Assembly (NCBI GenBank): GCA_964202905.1
Contig: CAXNJO010000010.1
Span: 1-64,000, forward strand
Origin: Polyangiales bacterium
GTDB taxonomy: Bacteria > Myxococcota_A > Polyangia > Polyangiales > JADJQN01
Length of the DNA: 64,000 nt
Direction of reading: 5' to 3'
This document shows, one piece after another, positions 41,158 to 51,705 of this stretch. Below the pieces are notes generated by a model. The model saw only the letters and a list, made by a program, of their open reading frames with translations. It was not told the DNA's origin and ran no database searches. The translations under genes and the position numbers were made by a program. Position 1 is the stretch's first letter. Each line of letters begins with the position of its first letter.

Positions 41158-41754
41158 GTGTGGACCGGAGCCGCCGCCACGATCGCCGCGTACATGCTCG
41201 GTTCAGTGTCGTTCGCGATACTCGTCGCGCGGCGGGCCGGGGTCGACCTCCGGGCTGCGGGGAGCGGCAACCCGGGCGCCACGAACGTCGGGCGGGTGCT
41301 CGGCCGGCGCGCGGGGCGACTGGTCCTCGCGCTCGACGCATTGAAGGGAGCGGCGCCGGCGCTCGCGGGGGTGCTTGCGTTTGGCGCGACCGATGCGCGG
41401 ACGGCGGCGATTGGGGTCGCAGCGGTCGTGGGCCATGTCTGGCCGCTCTGGCATGGGGGGCGAGGCGGGCGGGGCGCCGCGACGGGGTTGGGCGTGCTGC
41501 TCGCGACGGCGCCGCCCGCGGGCGCGCTCGCCGGGCTGGGGTACGCGGTGGCGCGGCGGGCCTCCGGGCGGGCGAGCGTGGGGTCGCTCGCGGGGGCACT
41601 GCTGGGGAGCGCGGCGCTGATCGCGTGGGAGCAGCACGCGCCGGGGCACGCGACGCCGCGGAGTTGGATGGCGCTCGGGCTGCTCGCGGTGGTCGTCGTC
41701 GCGCACACGCCGAACCTCGCGCGGCTCGCGCGGGGGCAGGAGCCGCGGACATGA
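41158..41754 (+). CDS. plsY: Glycerol-3-phosphate acyltransferase PlsY
   Basis: YMLGS, DLRAAGSGNPGATNVGR, DALKG, GHVWP..GGRGAAT, H..NL.RL..G.E. Start uncertain (41065-41194). Confidence 0.9.
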   Translation: MWTGAAATIAAYMLGSVSFAILVARRAGVDLRAAGSGNPGATNVGRVLGRRAGRLVLALDALKGAAPALAGVLAFGATDARTAAIGVAAVVGHVWPLWHGGRGGRGAATGLGVLLATAPPAGALAGLGYAVARRASGRASVGSLAGALLGSAALIAWEQHAPGHATPRSWMALGLLAVVVVAHTPNLARLARGQEPRT

Positions 41755-44234
41755 GGCGGGCGACGCGCGGACTCACCGCGCTCCTGGCGGCGGTCGCGCT
41801 CGTCGTGGCCTGCGGGTGCGGCGGCCCTCCGCAGGCGGTGCGGGTCGTGACGCCCGCGGCAGCGCGCAGGGTTGCGCCGACAGCTGCCCCCCCGCCGACG
41901 CTCGTGCGCGTCGCGGGCGCCGGGACGCTCGCCCTGCCCCGCGCGACGCCGGACGCCGTGCACCTCGCGCTCTTCGTCGATGCCGGCTGGCGGGACGCGA
42001 CGCCACCCCAACTCGCGACGGCCACGGCGTGGCTCGCCGCGGCCCGCAGCCCGGGCGTCACGGCGCGCGTCGAGCCGGATCTCGTCGCCTGGTCCGTCGA
42101 TTGCCCGCGATCGCGGCTCTCGGCATGCACCGATCAGCTCGCCGGGATGCTCGCGCTGCGCGAGGCCGACGAGGACGAGCTCGTGGCCGTGCGACGCGCG
42201 CTCGTCGAGGCACGAAGGCGGGCGCGGACGGACGAGGCGCGCACCGCCGATGGGCTCGCGGTCGCGGCGCTCCTCGATGTGCCGCAGGCAGGCGCGTTCG
42301 GGGAGGCCGACGACGACGCCCGCGTCGATGCGGACGCGGTCGCGCGGTTCGCGGGGCAACACCTCGGTCCCGCCCGCGCGCTCTTCGTCGCGGCCGGCGA
42401 CGTGGACGCGGCGACGCTCGCGGCGGCGGTCGAGACGGCCCTCGCGGGGGTGCCCGACGCAGCCGCGACGCGGCGCGGGTCGATGCCTCCGGCCGCGCGG
42501 CGCAGCGGGGCGCCGCCCGTGCGCGTCGTCGTCGGCGAGTCGGAGGTCGTCAGCGTCGCGCTGCGGGTCGACGACGCCGGGCGCGCTCGCGCGATCGCCG
42601 CGCAGATCGCCGCGGAGGGGACAGCGCCCGACGCGACGGTGCGTGCGTTCGCGTTGCGGGGCGGCGGGGTCGTGCTGCTGCGGCAGGCGGGTCGTCGACG
42701 CGGCGCCGACGGGGCCGCGCGCTGGGCCGCGCACACCGCCGCGGGGCTCGAGATGGTGCGCAGGGAGGTCGTCGACGCCGCGCCCGCGCCGGTCCCCGAC
42801 GCCCTCGACGCGCTCGTGCGCGCGCACGGCCGCGCGTTCGCGACGGGCGACACCTGGCCCGGGATGGCGCAGGGGCGGCACGCGAGCGAGATGCCGGAGG
42901 ACACGCACGCGATCGCCGCCGGGGTCGTCGTGCGCGGAGAACGGACGCGGCGACTGCGCGGGCCGGACCCGGACGACGCGCTGGCCCACGACGTGGAATC
43001 GTCGATGGTCGCCGCCATCGACGCGCGCCTCGGGGCGCTCGACGACGCGGACGACGCGACGGGCGACGGGACGCCGCTGCGCAATGGCGCGCGGCTCGTC
43101 GTGCAGGCGCTGCCGGGTGCGGGTGAGCGCGCGCTCGCCGTGCGCTTCGCGGCGGAGCTCTCCGCGGAGCACGCCGGCGTCCTCGGCCGCGCGGGACTCA
43201 CGGCGGAGGCGCTCGCGGTCGCATGCCGAGTGCAACTGGGGCGCGGCGGCGCCGCATTGCAGGCGGTGGTGGGCGCGGGCTCGTGGGGCGTGCTCGCGAC
43301 GGCGCGGAACGACGACGCGCTCGTCCACGCGCTGCGCTGCGTGCTCGACGCGTTGCCCGACGACGCAGCCATCGACGAGGCGCGGCGACGACGGGTGGCA
43401 TCGCTCGCGCCGGCCAACGCGCCCGCCCTCCACGCGCGCGCGCTCGCGGCCCGCGCGCTCGTCCCGGCGACGCCAGGCCTCCTCGCGCCAGAGGGCACCG
43501 CGGAATCGGCCGCGTCCGTCCCAGCGTCGGAGGTGCGGTCGCTGCTCGCGCGGTCGCGCGTCGGTGCACGCGCGCACGTCGTGTGGGCGGGTGACGGCGG
43601 CGCAGGCGGTCAGGCTGCGCAGGTCGCGCGCCGCCTCGCCGGGCTCGACGGGGGAGCCCCGTGCGCGCCGCCGACGCACGGGGACGCAGCGATGGAGGAC
43701 GTGCTCGCCGCCGAGGGGCCGGGCCCCGGCGTTCGTGCCGTGATCGCGCTCCGCGCAGCGGCGCCCCGTGCACCGCATGCCCAGGGCGACACGCCGCCCG
43801 ACGACGGCCTCGACGCGCAGGCCTTCGCGCTCTCCGTCGCCACGCTCCTTGGGGAAGCCCCGGGCGTCCGCGTCCTCGCGGCCGATGGCGCGAGGGTCGG
43901 CCCGACCGACGTCGCCGCGTGGATCGCGCTCTCGCTCGACGAGTCCGCGCTCGCGGCGCTCGCCGTCACGACGCGGCAGGCGCTCGCCGTGCTCGACGCC
44001 GACCCACTCGGCACCGACGCCGTCCGGCGCACGCGCGACCAGCTCGCCGCCCTCGACGCCGCCTCCCGCGCGCAGCCGGCGATCGTCGCGGATCGGCTCG
44101 CGCGTGCCTCCGCGGAGGGTGTCGACGCGACGCACGCCGCGGGGGACGACGCCTCGCTCGTCCGCGTCGTCGACGCGCTCGCCGCGGCGCGCTTGCACGT
44201 CGTCGTCGCGCGCCCCGCGAGGCCCGATCGTTGA
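41751..44234 (+). CDS. Degenerate M16 (insulinase-like) peptidase-fold lipoprotein
   Basis: Signal ending VACGC; M16-like segments (VARFAGQHLGPARALFVAAGDVD, LRNGARLVV, GTAESAASV...VVWAGD); no HxxEH. Confidence 0.55.
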   Translation: MRRATRGLTALLAAVALVVACGCGGPPQAVRVVTPAAARRVAPTAAPPPTLVRVAGAGTLALPRATPDAVHLALFVDAGWRDATPPQLATATAWLAAARSPGVTARVEPDLVAWSVDCPRSRLSACTDQLAGMLALREADEDELVAVRRALVEARRRARTDEARTADGLAVAALLDVPQAGAFGEADDDARVDADAVARFAGQHLGPARALFVAAGDVDAATLAAAVETALAGVPDAAATRRGSMPPAARRSGAPPVRVVVGESEVVSVALRVDDAGRARAIAAQIAAEGTAPDATVRAFALRGGGVVLLRQAGRRRGADGAARWAAHTAAGLEMVRREVVDAAPAPVPDALDALVRAHGRAFATGDTWPGMAQGRHASEMPEDTHAIAAGVVVRGERTRRLRGPDPDDALAHDVESSMVAAIDARLGALDDADDATGDGTPLRNGARLVVQALPGAGERALAVRFAAELSAEHAGVLGRAGLTAEALAVACRVQLGRGGAALQAVVGAGSWGVLATARNDDALVHALRCVLDALPDDAAIDEARRRRVASLAPANAPALHARALAARALVPATPGLLAPEGTAESAASVPASEVRSLLARSRVGARAHVVWAGDGGAGGQAAQVARRLAGLDGGAPCAPPTHGDAAMEDVLAAEGPGPGVRAVIALRAAAPRAPHAQGDTPPDDGLDAQAFALSVATLLGEAPGVRVLAADGARVGPTDVAAWIALSLDESALAALAVTTRQALAVLDADPLGTDAVRRTRDQLAALDAASRAQPAIVADRLARASAEGVDATHAAGDDASLVRVVDALAAARLHVVVARPARPDR

Positions 44235-44270
44235 GGCGTCGCGGGGCGCTCCACGGTGCGGCGGAGCGCG

Positions 44271-44330
44271 TTGACGGGTCAAACCGTGCGTGTTAATCCC
44301 GGCGCGTGCCGAGCGGTGAATCGCCATTCA
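44271..44330 (+). promoter_or_regulatory. Sigma70-like promoter and TetR operator for tetR-etfBA
   Basis: TTGACG at 44271, TG-n-TAATCC at 44291-44299, palindrome TGAAT-N4-ATTCA at 44317-44330. Confidence 0.6.
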
Positions 44331-44356
44331 GTTCGCGGGTCCGCAAGCCGCGCGCT

Positions 44357-45100
44357 GTGTCGTCGACCCCCGAGATCCCCGCGCCCTCCGCCCTTCCGCG
44401 CGCCGACACCAAGGCACGCGCGAAGGCAGCCCCCGAGTCGTCCGAAGCCCCCACCGAGAAGGGCCGCGGCGCAGGCACGCCGGACAAGCGCGAGCGCATC
44501 CTCCGCGCCGCGATCAAGGTCTTCGCGCGGAAGGGCTTCCACGCGACGCGCGTCAACGAGATCGCGAAGGCCGCCGGCGTCGCGGACGGCACCATCTACC
44601 TCTACTTCAAGAACAAGGACGACGTGCTCGTCTGCATCTTCGAGGACCGCATCACGCGTCTCCTCGAGGTGCTGCGCCGCGAGCTCGAGCGCTCGCCGTC
44701 GTTCGAGGAGCGCATGCGCCGGATCGTCGGCCTGCAGCTCGGGCTGCTCGAAGGGCAGCGCGACCTCGCCGAGGTGATCACCGTCAACCTCCGCCAGTCG
44801 TCGAAGCTGCTCAAGCAGTACGCGACCCCCCTCTTCGTCGAGTACCTCGAGGTGCTCGCGAGCGTCATCGCCGACGGGCAGCGCGAGGGCGTCGTCCGCA
44901 CGGACGCGCACCCGCGCATCCTCGCGCGCGCGTTGTTCGGCGCGCTCGACGGAGTCGCGCTCACCTGGGCGCTCGGCGGAGCCGAGCCCGGGACTCTCAC
45001 GAAAGCTGCCGTCCAGATCACGTCCGTGTTCCTCGACGGCATCCGCGTCCGCTCTCCGCAGTCACACGCTCTCTCATCACACTCCCCGGAGGAACCGTGA
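44357..45100 (+). CDS. TetR/AcrR-family regulator (FadR/YsiA-like)
   Basis: ILRAAIKVFARKGFHATRVNEIAKAAGVADGTIYLYFKNKDD; overlaps the etfB start. Confidence 0.9.
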   Translation: MSSTPEIPAPSALPRADTKARAKAAPESSEAPTEKGRGAGTPDKRERILRAAIKVFARKGFHATRVNEIAKAAGVADGTIYLYFKNKDDVLVCIFEDRITRLLEVLRRELERSPSFEERMRRIVGLQLGLLEGQRDLAEVITVNLRQSSKLLKQYATPLFVEYLEVLASVIADGQREGVVRTDAHPRILARALFGALDGVALTWALGGAEPGTLTKAAVQITSVFLDGIRVRSPQSHALSSHSPEEP

Positions 45101-45930
45101 AGATCCTCGTTCCAGTGAAGCGGGTCGCCGACCCGGACAACGCCAACAAGGTGAAGGTTGCCGCCGACGCCTCGCGCGTCACCACGGACGGCCTCGAGTG
45201 GAAGATCAACCCCTTCGACGAGTACGCCGTCGAAGCGGCGCTGCGCCTCAACGAGAACGCGAAGACGCAGGAGAAGCTCGGCGAGACCATCGTCGTCTCG
45301 ATCGGGCCGAAGGACGCGGCGCAGACGCTGCGCCAGGCGCTCGCGATGGGTGCGGACCGCGCGGTCCACGTGCTCGCCGAGGACGAGCAGCTCGACTCGT
45401 TCGTCGTCGCCCGCGCGCTCAAGGCCATCGTCGACAAGGAGCAGCCCGACGTCGTCGTACTCGGCAAGCAGGCCGTCGACGGCGACTCCAACACCGCGGG
45501 GCAGATCCTCGGTGAGTTGCTCGGCTGGCCGGTCGCGTCGTTCGCGGCGACGATCGAGACGGGCGACGCGGGCAAGAGCTTCGTCGTCGGCCGCGAGGTC
45601 GACACGGGCGTGCTCAAGGTGAAGGTCACCGCGCCCGCCGTCATCACCGTCGACCTGCGCATCGTCGCGCCCGCGTCCGTGCGCAACGGCGCGACGCCCG
45701 CCGATCACGCGTACGGCGAGGGCGCGCGCTACGCCTCGCTCAAGGGCATCATGGCCGCGAAGAAGAAGCCGATCGACGAGCAGACGCTCGCCGCGCTCGG
45801 CGTCGACGCGACGACGACGTCCCGCTACACGAAGTTCGAGCTGCCGCCCGCGCGCAAGGGCGGCGCGAAGTTCGTCGCCGACGTCAACGAGCTCGTCTCG
45901 CTCCTCCAGAGCGAGGCGAAGGTCCTCTGA
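45097..45930 (+). CDS. etfB: Electron transfer flavoprotein beta subunit
   Basis: [44 protein letters not shown]. Confidence 0.96.
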   Translation: MKILVPVKRVADPDNANKVKVAADASRVTTDGLEWKINPFDEYAVEAALRLNENAKTQEKLGETIVVSIGPKDAAQTLRQALAMGADRAVHVLAEDEQLDSFVVARALKAIVDKEQPDVVVLGKQAVDGDSNTAGQILGELLGWPVASFAATIETGDAGKSFVVGREVDTGVLKVKVTAPAVITVDLRIVAPASVRNGATPADHAYGEGARYASLKGIMAAKKKPIDEQTLAALGVDATTTSRYTKFELPPARKGGAKFVADVNELVSLLQSEAKVL

Positions 45931-45971
45931 GCGTTCGTCCTGCCACCCGAGACAACCGAGGAACACGAACC

Positions 45972-46946
45972 ATGACGGACGTTCTGGTCATCGCAGAGCT
46001 GCTCGACGGCAAGGTGCGCAAGACGACGCACAGCGCCATCACCCTCGCCAAGACGATCGCCGCCGGGACGGGCGGCGCCTTCGACGTCCTCGCCATCGGC
46101 GACGGCGCGAAGTCCGCCGCGGCCGAGCTGACGGGCTTCGGCGCGCGCAAGATCTTCGCCACGCAGATCGACGGGGGCTACCTCGCCGAGAAGTACGCGC
46201 CCACGGTCGCCTCGATCGGCGGCGGTTACGGCGTGCTCACCGTGACCGCGAGCACCTTCGGCAAGGACCTCGCGCCCCGCGTCGCGGCGCGCCTCGGCGC
46301 GGGCGTCGCGAGCGACATCAGCGGCGTCACCGTCGACGGCGGGACGCTCAGCTACAAGCGGCCGATGTACGCGGGCAACGTGTACGGTCACGTGCAGATC
46401 ACGACGGCGACCCAGGTCGTGACGCCGCGTCAGTCGGAGGTCGCGCCTGCGCAGCCCACGGGCGGCGCGAGCCCGATCGAGGACCTCGCCCTGGTGGCGG
46501 GCGGTGCGGCGAGCGGGCGCATCGAGTTCGTCGCGCTCGAGCAGAGCACGAAGTCCGCGCGCCCCGAGCTGAGCGAGGCTGCGACCGTCGTGTCGGGCGG
46601 TCGCGCGCTGAAGAGCGCCGAGGGCTTCCAGACGGTACTCGAGCCGCTCGTCGACGCCTTCGGCGCGGCGATGGGCGCGAGCCGCGCGGCGTGCGACGCG
46701 GGCTACGTGCCCAACGACCTGCAGGTCGGCCAGACGGGCAAGGTCGTCGCCCCGAAGCTCTACGTCGCGGTCGGCATCTCGGGCGCGATCCAGCATCTCG
46801 CGGGCATGAAGGGTTCGAAGGTCATCGTCGCGGTCAACAAGGACAAGGAGGCGCCGATCGCACAGGTCGCCGACTACTTCCTCGTCGCGGACCTGTTCAA
46901 GGTCATCCCCGAACTGACGGACGCGGTCAAGAAGGCGCGCGCCTAG
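45972..46946 (+). CDS. etfA: Electron transfer flavoprotein alpha subunit
   Basis: [35 protein letters not shown]. Confidence 0.96.
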   Translation: MTDVLVIAELLDGKVRKTTHSAITLAKTIAAGTGGAFDVLAIGDGAKSAAAELTGFGARKIFATQIDGGYLAEKYAPTVASIGGGYGVLTVTASTFGKDLAPRVAARLGAGVASDISGVTVDGGTLSYKRPMYAGNVYGHVQITTATQVVTPRQSEVAPAQPTGGASPIEDLALVAGGAASGRIEFVALEQSTKSARPELSEAATVVSGGRALKSAEGFQTVLEPLVDAFGAAMGASRAACDAGYVPNDLQVGQTGKVVAPKLYVAVGISGAIQHLAGMKGSKVIVAVNKDKEAPIAQVADYFLVADLFKVIPELTDAVKKARA

Positions 46947-46977
46947 CGCTGCGCCGCCGCGCGTCGGCATGCACGGA

Positions 46978-47009
46978 GGGCCCGGCGACCACCTCGCCGG
47001 GCCCTTTTT
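46978..47009 (+). terminator. Rho-independent terminator after etfA
   Basis: GGGCCCGGCGA-CCACC-TCGCCGGGCCC-TTTTT. Confidence 0.9.
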
Positions 47010-47247
47010 CGTTGATCGCGCAGCGCTTCGCTCGGGCGTTGGGCAGCGGAGTGCGACGACGCGCAGGCAGGCGTGCAGTGCCCTCCGAGGACGTGCCCCG
47101 GCTGGCGCCTCGCCAGCGCGCGCACCGCGACGCGCTCGAGCGCACGGCGCCGGCGGCCGGTGCGGCGGCGCACAGGACGACCGCCGCACGCCCGAGCCAC
47201 GCGCAACAATCGACTTGTCAACGGGCGACCTCTAAGCTGGCGCCGCC

Positions 47248-48786
47248 ATGCGCCCCCACGCGCGTCCGCTCCCCGACTCCGCCGTGCCGCGCGCCGCCGC
47301 GCTCGCGCTCTGCGTCCTCGCATGGGTTGCGCCGGCCCGCGCCGACGGCCCGTACGACGGCGCGTGGCGCGCGAGCGGAACACGCGTCGAGGTGACGATC
47401 CGCAGCTGGGGCGCAGACTGCGGGCCGCGACCGCAGTCGTTCTCGTCGGGCGGCGGCGGCACCGTGCAGATCGCGCAGGAAGGCGATCACCTCGTCTTCC
47501 GCGGCCAACGCACGACACGGACCGACGGTTGCTGGAGCGAGAACCGCGCGGTCCGGCGCGTGTCGACGTCGGTGCAAGGGAGCACGTGGCGCACGGTCTG
47601 CCGCACGCCGCCCGGCGACTCGCGCGGCGAAACCGGTACGTACACGCTGCGCGCGTCGGGCGACGACGCGCTCGCGTTCACGGATTCGAGCGAATACGAC
47701 TGGGCGCTCAACGAGTCGCGCTGCACGGCGACCATCACCACGACGCAGTCCTTCTCCCGCACGCGGGCCGCGACACCGACGCCGCCTCCCCCTCCGCCGC
47801 CCGACGAGCCCGCCGAGCGCGCTTGCACACCGGGCGCCCCCGCGCGGATCGCGATGCGTCCGGAGCGGGCACGCGTGCAGCCGGGCGAGCGTGTCTGCGT
47901 CCGCGCGCGCGTCGTCGATGCGAGCGGCTGCGCGGTCCCGGGCCAGACGATCGCGTGGGACCTCGAACGCCCGGCGGGTCGCGCCGGCACCCTCGACGAC
48001 GGCTGCTTCCAGGCCGGGACGAATGCGGCCGACGCGGAGGGCGAGTTCCGCCTGCAGGCGACGAGCGGCGGGCTGCGCGGCGATGCGGTGCTCACCGTGC
48101 GCGCGCAGGATCTCTCGGACCTGATCGCCCGTCGCGGCGAACAGGGCGCAGTCGGCGTGCTCGCGGGCACCGACGCGACGGCGCGCACCGAGGGCGCGGC
48201 GCGGGTCGAGGCGCGCGCGGTCGATGACGAGGGGGGCTCGCTGCTCCTGCCGCTGGTCGGGGCGGGCGTCGCGCTTCTGCTCCTGCTCGGCGGCGTGGCG
48301 CTGCTGCTCGGCGGCAAGAAGAAGCGGAAGCCGGAGCCCGCGCCGTCGGGCGTCTCCACGCCGTCGGCCGCCCCGCTGCCATCGTCCGCGATCGCGCGAC
48401 CGCCCGCGGCCGCATCGGTCCGCGCGCCAGCCGCTGCAGGCGGGGCGCAGAAGCTGTGCCCGCTGTGCCACCTCGAGGTGGAGGGCGAGACGGCCTTCTG
48501 CCCGCGGGACGGCACGGCGCTCGTGGGCGCGCCGCAAGGGGGCCCGGCGACGCCGTCGCAGGCGCTGATCTGCCCGACCTGCCGCCGCGGCTTCCCGCCC
48601 TCGGCGCGGTTCTGCCCGCACGACTCCGACGAGCTCGTGCCCTACGCGATGTTTGCCGCGCGCTCGAAGGCCCCCACGGGCACCGAGGGCGCCAAGCCGC
48701 AAATCTGCCCCCAATGCGGAGAGCGCTACGACGCGACCACCGCGTTCTGCGGCAAGGACGGCTCGCCACTCGTCACCGTGAACTGA
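47248..48786 (+). CDS. Membrane protein with a Cys-containing extracytoplasmic region and three cytoplasmic zinc-ribbon repeats
   Basis: Signal peptide, Ig-like segment, TM helix followed by KKKRK, then CPLC..FCPRDG, CPTC..FCPHDS and CPQC..FCGKDG. Confidence 0.75.
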   Translation: MRPHARPLPDSAVPRAAALALCVLAWVAPARADGPYDGAWRASGTRVEVTIRSWGADCGPRPQSFSSGGGGTVQIAQEGDHLVFRGQRTTRTDGCWSENRAVRRVSTSVQGSTWRTVCRTPPGDSRGETGTYTLRASGDDALAFTDSSEYDWALNESRCTATITTTQSFSRTRAATPTPPPPPPPDEPAERACTPGAPARIAMRPERARVQPGERVCVRARVVDASGCAVPGQTIAWDLERPAGRAGTLDDGCFQAGTNAADAEGEFRLQATSGGLRGDAVLTVRAQDLSDLIARRGEQGAVGVLAGTDATARTEGAARVEARAVDDEGGSLLLPLVGAGVALLLLLGGVALLLGGKKKRKPEPAPSGVSTPSAAPLPSSAIARPPAAASVRAPAAAGGAQKLCPLCHLEVEGETAFCPRDGTALVGAPQGGPATPSQALICPTCRRGFPPSARFCPHDSDELVPYAMFAARSKAPTGTEGAKPQICPQCGERYDATTAFCGKDGSPLVTVN

Positions 48787-49094
48787 CGGCGCCCGTCGCG
48801 AAGGACCGGGAGCCGCTCGCTGGCATCCGCGAAAGCCGGGGCCCAGCGAGCGCGATCGTGCGCGCGCTACCCAAAGGCACGCCCAGCGGGGGTTCCATGT
48901 CGGCGTGGAGGCATGGGCGTTCGCGGGTGGACGCCCACGCGACGGCTCTTGATCGGCTCGGCGCGGGGCAGCTATGATGCCGCCCCAACGACGGAATCCG
49001 GCGATGCCGCGCCGCTCGCCGCATGCCTCCGGAACGCGTCCGGGAGCCACTCCCATCCCTGCCCGCTGAACTGCACGTCGAGAGGACAAGCGAG

Positions 49095-50887
49095 ATGAAG
49101 ATCGTCTGCGAGAACTGCGGCGCGAAGTACTCGATCGCCGACGAGAAGGTCGCCGGGAAGGTGTTCAAGATCCGCTGCAAGAAGTGCAGCGAGGTCATCG
49201 TGGTACGCGGCGATCAGGGCGACGACGAGTCGACGCGCGTCCTCGACGGCTCGCAGGCCGCGCCCCCGGTCGGCGGCGAGGCCGTGTGGCACATCGTCGT
49301 GAGCGGCGACCAGCAGGGGCCGTTCACGCCCGCGCAGATCAGCGACATGCTCAGCGCCGGGACCGTCGACTGGGAGGCGTACGTCTGGCGCGAGGGCTTC
49401 GACAATTGGCTGCCCGCGCGCGACGTGGAGCCGCTCGTGCAGGCGATCACCGGGGGCGGCGACGCGGGAGGCGGCGCGGCCGCCGGCGCGGCGGGCGACT
49501 TCGGCGCGGACCCGTTCGGCGGAGCGGCCGGTGGCGCCGATCCCTTCGGCGGCGGCGCGTTCGGGGCGGAATCAATCCCGGCGCCCGCGCCCGAGAAGGC
49601 CCCCGCGGCCCGTGCGCCGCGCGCAGGCGGTAGCGATCTCTTCGGCCAGTCGGAGGCGAGCCCGTTCGGCGGTGGCGGCGACGACGACGACGGCGTGGTG
49701 GCCTCGGCCCCGAGCCCGCGTGTCTCGAGTCAGCAGGCGGCGCTCACCGGACAGCGCAACGAGAACTCCGTGCTCTTCTCGCTCGCCAACCTCCAGGCGC
49801 TCGCCACCGGCACGCCGAGCAGCAGCGGGTCGACGGCGGCGCCGTCGAGCAGCGCGCAGCCGAGGGCCGGCATGGCGTCCGGGGAGGGCTCGGGCCTCAT
49901 CGACATCCGCGCTCTCGCGGGGGGCCTCGGGGGCGGGGCATCGGCATCCATGGGCGCAACGCCCGCCAAGAAGGACGCCGTCGACGACCTGCTCTCGATC
50001 GGCTCGGGCGGCTCGCCGTTCGCGCCCACGCTCGGCGCGCCGATGTTGGCGCCCGTCAAGCAGGAGTCCAGCAACAAGGGCCTGATCATCGGCGTGAGCG
50101 TCGGCGTCGCGGCGGTCGTCGCAGCGGCAGCGGTCGTGCTGGTCGTCATGCTCGGGAACAAGAAGGACGACGCGGCGGAGGCGGGGGGCACCCTCGCGCC
50201 GAGCCGCCGGCGGCGCCGGCCACCGTCGCGGCGCCCGCGGCCGCGGCTCCGATCGCACCCGCAGCGCCGCCGGCGGCCGAGCCCGCCGCAGTCGCTGCAC
50301 CGGTCGCGGCCGACACGGTGGCCGCAGCGCCCGCTCCCGCGGACGACGAGCGCAACGGCGCGCGTCGCAGCGGGTCGCGACGCACGGGCGGCGGCGGAGA
50401 GACCGCCGCGGCGCCGAGCGCGCCGACCGCACCGAGCGCACCTTCGGGCGGCGGAGGCGGTGGCGGCGGGGGCGGCAGCGCACCGGCCCCGCGGCGAGCC
50501 GGCGGCGGCGGCGGCGGCGGCAGCATCGACGACCTCCTCGGGCAGGCGCTCGGCGGCGGTGGCCCGGCAGCGCGTCCGGCGGCAAACAGCGGCGGCGGGG
50601 GCGGAGGCAGCGACGCCTCGCTCCCGGAGCAGCCGGGCCGCGATCAGGTGCGTGCAGCGCTCACGGCGGTTCAGGCGGCGGTCACGGCATGTGGCGGCGG
50701 CGAGCACGGCCTCGCGATGACGGCGATCACCGTCGCGGGCTCGAGCGGGCGCGTGACGAACGCGGTCGTCTCCGGCCAGTTCGCCGGCACGCCCGTCGGC
50801 TCCTGCGTGGCCCGCGCCGCGCGCAGCGCACGCTTCCCGCGGTTCCGCAACGACACCTTCTCGGTCAGCTTCCCCTTCCGGCTCTGA
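49095..50887 (+). CDS. Zinc-ribbon/GYF_2/TM/TonB-C-like protein (GltJ/AgmX-type architecture); frameshift near 50200, probably an error
   Basis: MKIVCENCGAKYSIADEKV..KIRCKKC, GYF_2 (W...QQGPF...YVWREGFDNW), TM helix; C-terminal VGSCVARAARSARFP..VSFPFRL in the next frame. Confidence 0.8.
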
Positions 50888-50976
50888 CCACGGCGGGGCG
50901 CACGCGACCGGCGTCGCGCCCCGACCTCCGCGCACGGCCGTCCACCGACGGCCCCGACTCCCCCGGACGCCGCCCC

Positions 50977-51705
50977 TCAAGGGCGGCGTCGGCGTTTCGT
51001 GCGCAGCCCGATGGCACCCAGCACGAGCAGCGCGACGCCAGCGAGTGCGCCCGCGATCACGCGCCCATCGAGCGGCGCCTCCGGCGTGCGGAGCGCCGCG
51101 CTGAACACGCGCCCGGCGGGGGGCGCGAAGTCCCGCCCGAAACTCAGCGCCGGCTCGAGATCGCGCGGCGACTCGCCCATCCCGGCGCGCAGCAGCTCGG
51201 CGCCGTCCCGCGCCTGAAACACGACGTCCGTGCGCTCGAAGCGCCCGACGTCCATGGCGTCACGGATCTGCAGGACGTGCTCGCCGCCCGGCAACGGAAT
51301 GTGCGCGACCCGCTCGACCGTGACCGGCTGCGCCGCGATCGGCCCGATCGGCTCGAGCACACCGTCCCGCCAGACGATCCCCTCCGCGGCCGCGCCGTCG
51401 ATCTCCACCCGGAGTTCGCGCGCGAGCTCGGCGCCCCACCCTGCGAGGTAGGCGTCGGCCTCGGCGCGGGAGAGCGCGCCGTCGCCGTCCGTGTCCGCCG
51501 GCTCGAGGGCGAGGCGCGTCTCGGACGGACCGAGCATCAACGAGACCACTATGCGCACCTCGCCCGGCGCGGCGTCCACCTTGAGGTAGCGCTCCGCGCG
51601 GAGGACGAGGTGGCCGAGGTGTGCCTGCGCGCGCGTGGGCGCGCCGAGCGTGAGCGGGATCGCGAGAGCGGCGAGCGCGCCCCCCCGCAGCCCCGCGCGG
51701 GTCAT
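50977..51705 (-). CDS. Secreted/anchored hypothetical protein with an EF-hand-like loop
   Basis: Signal AQA|HLGH, DTDGDGALSRAE, C-terminal TM helix with basic tail; ATGA overlap with pepA. Confidence 0.7.
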   Translation of the reverse strand: MTRAGLRGGALAALAIPLTLGAPTRAQAHLGHLVLRAERYLKVDAAPGEVRIVVSLMLGPSETRLALEPADTDGDGALSRAEADAYLAGWGAELARELRVEIDGAAAEGIVWRDGVLEPIGPIAAQPVTVERVAHIPLPGGEHVLQIRDAMDVGRFERTDVVFQARDGAELLRAGMGESPRDLEPALSFGRDFAPPAGRVFSAALRTPEAPLDGRVIAGALAGVALLVLGAIGLRTKRRRRP

